Under the pieces are notes generated by a model that saw only the letters and a program-made list of their open reading frames with translations, did not search any database and was not told the origin of the DNA. Of a stretch of DNA of 32,000 bases, positions 7,971-14,913 are shown one piece after another. Numbering within the stretch: position 1 is the stretch's first letter; the number at the start of each line of letters is the position of its first letter. A program made the position numbers and the translations under genes. Origin of the DNA: Wolbachia endosymbiont of Cimex lectularius (GTDB taxonomy: Bacteria; Pseudomonadota; Alphaproteobacteria; Rickettsiales; Anaplasmataceae); contig NZ_AP013028.1 in NCBI RefSeq assembly GCF_000829315.1, forward strand, positions 1,110,001 through 1,142,000, given 5' to 3'.

Positions 7971-10238
7971 ATGTTTGAAATTATAAAAAAATCTATAGAC
8001 TGGGGTGGTCGTACCTTATCTTTAGAAACTGGAAAAATAGCACGTCAAGCTGATGGTTCAGTGGTTGTAAATTACGGGGATACTTCCATTTTAGTAACTG
8101 TTGTACGTAAAAAGAAGGAAGAAAATGTTGATTTCCTGCCTCTAAATGTACAGTTTATTGCAAAAAGCTATGCCATGGGCAAGATTCCCGGTGGCTTTTT
8201 TAAAAGAGAAGGTAAGCCATCTGATAGGGAAACTCTAATTTCAAGGGTAATAGATAGAAGTATAAGACCGCTATTCCCAGAAGGTTTTCACGATGAAGTT
8301 AGCGTGGTATGCAATTTATTAACTTATGATACGGTCAACCCTCCTGAAGTGCCAGCATTGATTGGTACTGTTGCAGCCCTTGCAATTTCTGGTGTTCCTT
8401 TTTACTCCACCATAGCTGGAGCTTTGGTTGGTTGTGATGAAAATAACAACTATATACTCAACCCTTCTGTTCAAGAGATGAAAACAAGCAGTTTAGATCT
8501 GTTTTTATCTGGCGACGAGCATTCAATTTTGATGGTTGAATCAGAGGTAAAGGGGCTTTCTGAAGAAAATGTTCTAAGCGCAATAAAATTTGGTCATGAG
8601 CACCTTCAACCCGTCATTAAGCTTATAAAAGAGTTCGCTGACGCAATTGGCAAGAAATCTAAGAGCTTCACTCCTGTTGATATGTCAGACATAATGCAGG
8701 ATCTTGAAAAGTACAGTAAAGATTTTGAAAGTGCGTACTCACAAACAGTAAAACAACAGCGAGCTCAAACTTTAGAAGCGCTCAGAGGTGATATATTAAA
8801 CACTCTTAAGGAAGCTGGAAAAGATGAGAAATTAATTACATATGCAATAAAAAGCTTTGAAAGATCCTTAGTGCGCGAGATAATTAAAAAGAAAGGTATG
8901 AGGATAGACGGTCGTAAGCACGATGAAATACGTCAGATAGAGGTTGAAGTTGACATTTTATCTAGAACCCATGGTTCTGCATTATTTACAAGAGGTAGTA
9001 CTCAGGCACTGGTTGTTACTGCTCTTGGTACTACACAAGACGAGCAAATTGTAGATGACATTGAAGGTGATAGACGTGAACATTTCATGTTGCATTACAA
9101 TTTTCCTTCATTTGCTGTTGGAAAGGCTTCTGCTATACGCGCACCAGGAAGAAGAGAAATAGGTCATGGTAAACTTGCTTGGAAAGCAATTCATCCTGTT
9201 TTACCTGATAAATCCGAATTTCCTTACACAATAAGAGTAGTATCCGAAATTATGGAATCAGATGGTTCTTCTTCTATGGCAACAGTTTGCGGAACTTCCC
9301 TTGCCTTAATGGATACAGGCGTGCCAATAAGGGCTCCCGTTGCTGGAATTGCTATGGGCCTCATCAAGGATAAAGATGAGTATACAATACTTTCCGATAT
9401 CCTGGGTGATGAAGATTATCTTGGCGATATGGACTTTAAAGTAGCAGGAACTAGTGAAGGAATTACGGCACTGCAGATGGATATGAAAATTTCTGGTATA
9501 AGTTTTGAAATTGTTGAAAAATCTTTGGAACAAGCAAAAGCTGGAAGGTTGCATATCTTAGAAAAAATGAATGCAGTGATTTCAGAACATAGCGATGATG
9601 TGAAAAGCCATGCACCAAGAATGGTATCATTTTACATAGATAAAGATAAAATTTCTGCAGCTATTGGTGCTAAAGGAAAAAATATACGCAGTGTGTGTGA
9701 AAGAAGTAATGCAAAAATTGAGATAGGGGATGACGGCAAAGTTTCTGTGTTTGCCATGAGTAGCACTGAAGCTGAAATTGCAAAAAATATGTTGATTGAT
9801 TCAATAACAGAACTAGAGCAAGGTGCAATAGTTGATGCTAAGGTTATAAAAATAGATAAGTCTATTGTAGAGCTTGAACTTCTCAATGGAAGAAAAGGAA
9901 AAATGCACATAAGTGAAGTGGCTAATCAGCATATAGAGTCTATTGAGGATATCCTTAAACAGGGTGATATCTTCAAAGCGCTGGTAATTGATTTTGAAAA
10001 AGGTGGATGCCCGAAATTGTCAAGACGTCGCGTTGATCAAGGAACAGGCGAATTTTTTGAAGGCGAGCTCTATAATGAAGAAAAGAAAGATGGTTCAAGT
10101 GATAGGGATTATTATAGTAGTTCATACAATAGAAAACCTGGGCATCGTAAGAGACCTACTCGTCCTCGTTCTGGCTTCAGTAACAGGAGTAACAGACCAC
10201 AATTTGGTAGTGATGATTCATCATCGAGCTTTTATTGA
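7971..10238 (+). CDS. pnp: Polyribonucleotide nucleotidyltransferase (PNPase) with an Arg/Ser-rich C-terminal tail
   Basis: 755 aa ORF with two RNase PH domains (GRKHDEIRQI, SNGSSSMA-like ESDGSSSMATVCG), a KH domain (IGAKGKNIRS) and an S1 domain. Confidence 0.96.
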   Translation: MFEIIKKSIDWGGRTLSLETGKIARQADGSVVVNYGDTSILVTVVRKKKEENVDFLPLNVQFIAKSYAMGKIPGGFFKREGKPSDRETLISRVIDRSIRPLFPEGFHDEVSVVCNLLTYDTVNPPEVPALIGTVAALAISGVPFYSTIAGALVGCDENNNYILNPSVQEMKTSSLDLFLSGDEHSILMVESEVKGLSEENVLSAIKFGHEHLQPVIKLIKEFADAIGKKSKSFTPVDMSDIMQDLEKYSKDFESAYSQTVKQQRAQTLEALRGDILNTLKEAGKDEKLITYAIKSFERSLVREIIKKKGMRIDGRKHDEIRQIEVEVDILSRTHGSALFTRGSTQALVVTALGTTQDEQIVDDIEGDRREHFMLHYNFPSFAVGKASAIRAPGRREIGHGKLAWKAIHPVLPDKSEFPYTIRVVSEIMESDGSSSMATVCGTSLALMDTGVPIRAPVAGIAMGLIKDKDEYTILSDILGDEDYLGDMDFKVAGTSEGITALQMDMKISGISFEIVEKSLEQAKAGRLHILEKMNAVISEHSDDVKSHAPRMVSFYIDKDKISAAIGAKGKNIRSVCERSNAKIEIGDDGKVSVFAMSSTEAEIAKNMLIDSITELEQGAIVDAKVIKIDKSIVELELLNGRKGKMHISEVANQHIESIEDILKQGDIFKALVIDFEKGGCPKLSRRRVDQGTGEFFEGELYNEEKKDGSSDRDYYSSSYNRKPGHRKRPTRPRSGFSNRSNRPQFGSDDSSSSFY

Positions 10239-10359
10239 GAGTAGATTTCTTGTATTACCAATTTATGTAAGAAATTTTTAGGAGAAACGCAACCGCAGAA
10301 TACTTGTAGTATTTGAGGAGCGGAAGCAAGTTTTGACGTAGAAATTACCACCAGAAAGC

Positions 10360-10589
10360 CACAACTGTACGAACATTGTGATTTGAGCTTACCACTAGGG
10401 TGTCATGCCAGTGCTTGACACTGGGATCCAGGAATTTTATTAAGTTGGTGAGTATAAAAGTAGCTGTTTTATGTTAAAACACGACGTTTTTGATGATTAT
10501 GGAAATGCTGGATCCCAGTGTCGGAGCACTGGCATGACACCGTCTGTTACGCAAATTACCTGCTAATCACAATGTTCGTACAGTTGTGC
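10360..10589 (+). mobile_element. Palindromic MITE-like element M2
   Basis: The 24-bp terminal inverted repeats are perfect (CACAACTGTACGAACATTGTGATT at 10360-10383; reverse complement at 10566-10589). Two hairpin modules are present. It is flanked by CCAGAAAGC and CCAGGAAGC, a possible 9-bp target duplication matching at 8/9. Confidence 0.8.
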
Positions 10590-10642
10590 CAGGAAGCAGG
10601 TAATGCAAGAGATCTAGTAGATTTCTTGTATTACCTCTTTTA

Positions 10643-10666
10643 TCTCAGTACCTAGGTACTGAGATG
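10643..10666. terminator. 24-nt perfect palindrome between convergent pnp and rpe (possible bidirectional hairpin)
   Basis: ATCTCAGTACCTAGGTACTGAGAT is its own reverse complement. No U-run follows on either strand, so terminator function is uncertain. Confidence 0.3.
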
Positions 10667-10708
10667 ATATCGGTTGTTGATTTGTCTCTCAACTAGAGGT
10701 TCAGGCAG

Positions 10709-11389
10709 CTATAGTAACGGGTTTTTAAGGTCGTTCACAGCTTTCTTCATATTTTCAGCTCTAAATATTGCTGACCCAGCGACCAAGATATCTGCACCTG
10801 CTTTTATTATATCGGTTGTGTTTAGGGTGCTCACTCCACCATCCACTGAAATTTGCGTTTTAAGATTACGCTCTTCTATCACTTTCTTCACAATAGATAT
10901 CTTGTGTAGCTGCGAATGGATAAACTCCTGTCCTCCAAATCCAGGGTTGACTGTCATAATCAGCACAATATCTAGTTCATGTATTACATACTCAAGCACA
11001 CTTGGAGAAGTTGAAGGAACGATCGAAACTCCAACTTGAATTGTTTTTTTTGTATCGTTTACGTTTTTGTATGACTTTATTTTTCTTACCAGTCTCTCAA
11101 GGTGTATCTCTGCTTCTGCATGTATAGTGATAATATCAGCACCAGCATTTATAAAGCTTTCAATATGGTCACCAGGAGATTTAACCATTAAGTGTACATC
11201 AAAAGGAAGATTGCTATACTTACGTATTGCAGAAACAACACCCGGACCAATTGTAATATTCGGAACGAAGTTTCCGTCCATAACGTCTATGTGTATATAA
11301 TCTACACCTAAATCGCTAATTTTTCTTACTTCTTCCCCTAATTTTGCAAAGTCTGCTGAAAGTATAGAAGGTGCAATTTTAATACCCAT
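10709..11389 (-). CDS. rpe: Ribulose-phosphate 3-epimerase
   Basis: 226 aa ORF with IAPSILSADFAKLGEEV, HIDVMDG.FVPN, DVHLMV and MTVNPGFGGQEF motifs. Confidence 0.95.
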   Translation of the reverse strand: MGIKIAPSILSADFAKLGEEVRKISDLGVDYIHIDVMDGNFVPNITIGPGVVSAIRKYSNLPFDVHLMVKSPGDHIESFINAGADIITIHAEAEIHLERLVRKIKSYKNVNDTKKTIQVGVSIVPSTSPSVLEYVIHELDIVLIMTVNPGFGGQEFIHSQLHKISIVKKVIEERNLKTQISVDGGVSTLNTTDIIKAGADILVAGSAIFRAENMKKAVNDLKNPLL

Positions 11390-11564
11390 GGCTGTCTTCT
11401 TACTAAAAAATAAAAATAACTTATTTTTTAAACTCTGTCACCTTGACCACAAAACACAGAAAAAGTTGCATCCATGCTGGAATGATAAGGTCTTGCAAGA
11501 TAAACATCGTATTTACTGAAATACCTTGACTTCATGCGCGTTAAGAAGCATTTTATATACGTTG

Positions 11565-11641
11565 GTGCCCGTAGCTCAGCTGGATAGAGCAACAGCCTTC
11601 TAAGCTGTGGGTCGTAGGTTCGAATCCTACCGGGCACACCA
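11565..11641 (+). tRNA. tRNA-Arg (anticodon TCT), CCA encoded
   Basis: A manual cloverleaf fits: acceptor GTGCCCG/CGGGCAC, D arm GCTC-AGCTGGATA-GAGC, anticodon arm ACAGC-CTTCTAA-GCTGT, T arm GTAGG-TTCGAAT-CCTAC, and discriminator A followed by CCA. Confidence 0.9.
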
Positions 11642-11836
11642 CACATGTAGCGCACTACCCTGTGTTTTTACTTTGTCATGTAACTTCCAAACGTTTCTCC
11701 TGAAAATTTCTTACCATAAATTGGGTATGTATCTGTTCAGTGGAATGGTAAAATGAGATAGACAAGGTGCTCTAAAAAAAGTAATCATATAGTAAAAGTG
11801 AGTTTACAACAAATGGTGTCATCCCAGTGTCAAGCA

Positions 11837-12064
11837 CACAACTGTACGAACATTGCAATTAGCAGGTAATTTGCGTAACAAACAGTGTCATCCCAGTGCT
11901 CCGACACTGGGATCCAGCCTTTCCATAATCATCAAAACGTCGTATTTTAACATAAAACAGCTACTTTTATACTCACCAACTTAATAAAATTCCTGGATCC
12001 CAGTGTCAAGCACTGGCATGACACCCTCGTGATAGGCTTAAATCACAACGTTCGTACAGTTGTG
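11837..12064 (-). mobile_element. Palindromic MITE-like element M3 (inverted copy of M2)
   Basis: It aligns end to end with the reverse complement of 10360-10589, with about 14 differences in about 230 nt by eye. It has the same terminal repeat CACAACTGTACGAAC at both ends. Confidence 0.8.
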
Positions 12065-12148
12065 TGTAAGCTACTTACATGGCACCACTCTTGCTTCAAT
12101 ATTTACCACGCACCTGAATAGATAAATTAGGTATGTAAAAGATTTAAT

Positions 12149-12643
12149 CTATTTGATAGTTCCTTTCACAACAATCGTATCAAATAGCATATCGTGATAT
12201 GTCTGTTTTTTCTGAGAGAAGCAAGCAACCAAATACCAGCAGAGAGTGAGCAGCAACATAATTACTCGCAGTACGATTAAGGCACTTACTAACGCGTTTT
12301 GTTCTTGGAAAAGCTCGATGAGGATAGCTATTACGTTGTTTAATAGATGAAGAAAAAACTGAGAGATGCTTCTATCAAATGCTAAACTCAAGTCTATTTT
12401 AGAACCGTCTAGGCTTATGGTATGTATGTTCATTAACTGCTGACCGGGAGTTGCCTGAGCTGCTGAAGATATAAAATATGTGAAGTAACTGCAATTTACA
12501 CACATATATGATAGATCTAAAATTAACGGAAAATTCTTTAACAATAGTATGATTAATAAGTTTAGAATTAGTAAAATTGCCACATCTATTAAATATGCAC
12601 AAAAGCGCCTTTTGATACTGGCAATTTCCATAACAGTAGTCAT
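12149..12643 (-). CDS. RDD family membrane protein
   Basis: 164 aa ORF. The N-terminal KRRFCAYLIDVAILLILN fits the RDD domain and multiple hydrophobic helices follow. The start overlaps the stop of the upstream HAD gene (TAATG). Confidence 0.65.
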   Translation of the reverse strand: MTTVMEIASIKRRFCAYLIDVAILLILNLLIILLLKNFPLILDLSYMCVNCSYFTYFISSAAQATPGQQLMNIHTISLDGSKIDLSLAFDRSISQFFLHLLNNVIAILIELFQEQNALVSALIVLRVIMLLLTLCWYLVACFSQKKQTYHDMLFDTIVVKGTIK

Positions 12644-13281
12644 TACTTATCTTTTAAATATTTTATTATAAAATCTGTAAGTTTATCAAAATGTTGAAAA
12701 CATAACAAATCTTCGTATCCACTTATTGATTGGCCGTATACAATTGGTAAACAATTAGCATTTTGTGCACATAAAATATCTGTGATACTGTCACCAATAA
12801 AAAACACATTTTCTTTATTTATAGGCAACGTACTCTCTTCTAGTGCAAATAGCAGTGGGGTTGCAGATGGTTTATCTTCTGCAGTATCGCATGAACCAAC
12901 TACTCTCTCAAAGTAAGAGTCTAGCTTAAAATAGGCTACTTCTTCACGTAAATTATTGTTTTTCTTATTACTTACTATTGTTAGATAGATATTATGGCTT
13001 TTCAACGTCTGCAACATTTCCTCTACTCCTTGATTTAGAGTAATGTTTTGCAACAGTGCATTATCTAGGTACTGTTGGTATATCTGATTCGCTTTTTTCC
13101 ACTGATCGCCAAATAAATTGACCATGTAGCTCTTTCTCGACTCATGGGAATTTCTATCAGCAGCTTTATTACTGTACCCCATTGAGTCTAAGGTATGCTT
13201 AATGGCATTAGAAATATTGTCTTGGGTGTCAACTAAGGTATTATCCCAGTCAAATACTACTGCTAATGGGCTATTTTTCAT
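12643..13281 (-). CDS. HAD superfamily hydrolase (phosphoglycolate phosphatase-like)
   Basis: Shows the HAD motifs: motif I VVFDWDNTLVDT (DxDxT), motif II IVSNK, and motif IV GDSITD. Confidence 0.8.
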   Translation of the reverse strand: MKNSPLAVVFDWDNTLVDTQDNISNAIKHTLDSMGYSNKAADRNSHESRKSYMVNLFGDQWKKANQIYQQYLDNALLQNITLNQGVEEMLQTLKSHNIYLTIVSNKKNNNLREEVAYFKLDSYFERVVGSCDTAEDKPSATPLLFALEESTLPINKENVFFIGDSITDILCAQNANCLPIVYGQSISGYEDLLCFQHFDKLTDFIIKYLKDK

Positions 13282-13451
13282 TTCTACATTGTTACGTATT
13301 TTAGGTTAATAAGTAAATAACATTTTGATGAAAAAAATATAAATGGAACGCTCTTGATGATCACAAGAAACACTATTTATTGCAAGTTGTGTTAACCATT
13401 TCTACATAATGAGCTAATACACTGGTTTTATAAGCTTTATTAGGAGTAGGT

Positions 13452-14317
13452 ATGACTGAAGTTAAAGATACACCTCAAACAGGTGTCGAAAAAAAATTTA
13501 AGATGTTTTTGGGCGTTCCTCAGGTCCTTTCCCAGAAGGAGCTTCATTAGAAGAAAAGGTTAATTACATCACAAAAGGAACAAAGGCTCTTAAGGCTATA
13601 AAAGGTAAAGAGCTTGAGAATAAAATGAAGAACGTTGTTGAACTAAACAAAGAGCTTGAAAGTCGAAAGAGCCATGCAGCTGAAAAAGTACATTAAGATT
13701 TCGAAAGAATTGCTGAGCTTGACCGCCAATATAAAGGCAAGGGTATTTTCAGAAGTGAAAAAGTTGCAGGACCAAAAAGTGACAAAGAACTCCAAGACAC
13801 TTCGAAAAAGCCTACAGTAGAAGGTAAAAGCTTTGAGCAAAGTGGACAAAAAGAGACTTCTGTGCAAGCACAACTATCGGTGAATGCGGAGGCTCAAGCT
13901 CTGTCGGAATCTAAATCACAGGCTGTTGATCTCTCTTTGATGAGTAGAAGTCCTATAAGAGAGAAATACAGTGATAAAAAGCCTGGGTTGAATAAAGAAG
14001 ACAATGTGCCTCAAGAAAATCAAAAAGAAGAAGGGCTTTTTAGTCTTCTAAAGCGCTTTGTTAAGAAGGTACTAGAAAAACTTTTGGGTGAAGACGAAAA
14101 GAGTGTAGACAACGCTTATGGCATGAAAGGAGCTATTCAGAGAGATGTGTTAGATAACGAGGCGCAACAACAGGGCAAGCACTTCAATAACATTCTAAGT
14201 CAAGACCGAACCATAAGCAAGGGTTTAGAGCAAGTAGCAACACAACTTGAGAATTCTACGATAACGCCTGTCAATACTCCTAAAGTGAATGAAGTAAGCG
14301 CGGGTCATGAAAGATGA
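13452..14317 (+). pseudogene. Fragmented Lys/Glu/Gln-rich hypothetical ORF (one frameshift plus one in-frame TAA)
   Basis: AGGAG lies 5 nt upstream of ATG 13452. Frame 0 stops at TAG 13548-13550. A second frame is open from 13502 and continues with similarly charged, Lys/Glu-rich composition to TAA 13694-13696. That TAA is in frame with the ORF ending at 14317 (the track lists it as 13862-14317). Confidence 0.5.
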
Positions 14318-14459
14318 TCCGCTTGACTTCAGTGATTTGGAAAAGCATTTGACTATGCAATATGCTGTATAGCTACATTAGATTTATTGCTTAACTTAAG
14401 CTAAAGGCAATTACTTTTGGCATTTTTTATGTGCTCTAAAATTGCCTTAGCTATAAACG

Positions 14460-14892
14460 TTAAGAAATTTACCAAGCGAGAAAAAAGCAAAAGAAGCCCT
14501 AGTCAGTATTTATTTTTAGTATTGGCGTTTTTATGCCTTAAACGCTGCAATTTAGCTGCTTTTAAACGCAACTAGTCTAAGCTATAATATTTAAGAAATT
14601 TACCAGACAGGGAAAAAGGACAATAAAACCCCGAGGTAGCTAGTTATTCCACTCTCTATTTTAAAATCCGGCGTTGGGTGATGTCTTAAACGACTTATAA
14701 GCGCGTTTCAGCTTGTATGGGTAAAAACCCGAAGTTTTTAAAAAGACATGCAGTGCACATAGTGCGAAAAATTAAACAATAGTACGCCAAATACAAGTTT
14801 TCTTGTCATTTTAACCTGTACAGATTGGGAAGTTAAACAAATAGCTTCAGTATCATTATAAGGGTAACGGCGAAGGTTGTCAAGTAGTTTTT
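14460..14892 (+). repeat. Composite dispersed repeat, copy C2 (two units of about 131 bp, a longer tail, and a partial extra unit upstream from about 14400)
   Basis: Units start at 14460 and 14591. The conserved block is at 14689-14721. The tail ends GGCGAAGGTTGTCAAGTAGTTTTT at about 14892, 22 nt from the lon stop. Confidence 0.8.
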
Positions 14893-14913
14893 ACCTAAGT
14901 GATGCTCAGTATG

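Noticed and set aside
9988-10281. 97-aa ORF overlapping the pnp 3' end in another frame
   Set aside because: It is an alternative frame of the PNPase C-terminus. The pnp frame is continuous with its S1 domain, so this ORF is not credible.
10674-11039. 121-aa ORF on the plus strand, and the 11067-11300 ORF
   Set aside because: They are antisense to the well-supported rpe gene. They have low-complexity hydrophobic composition typical of shadow ORFs in AT-rich genomes.
11428-11655. 75-aa ORF on the minus strand
   Set aside because: It overlaps tRNA-Arg on the opposite strand. The tRNA cloverleaf is unambiguous, so the ORF is spurious.
13643-13873. 76-aa minus-strand ORF
   Set aside because: It is antisense to the fragmented plus-strand gene, whose three pieces share composition and a good RBS.
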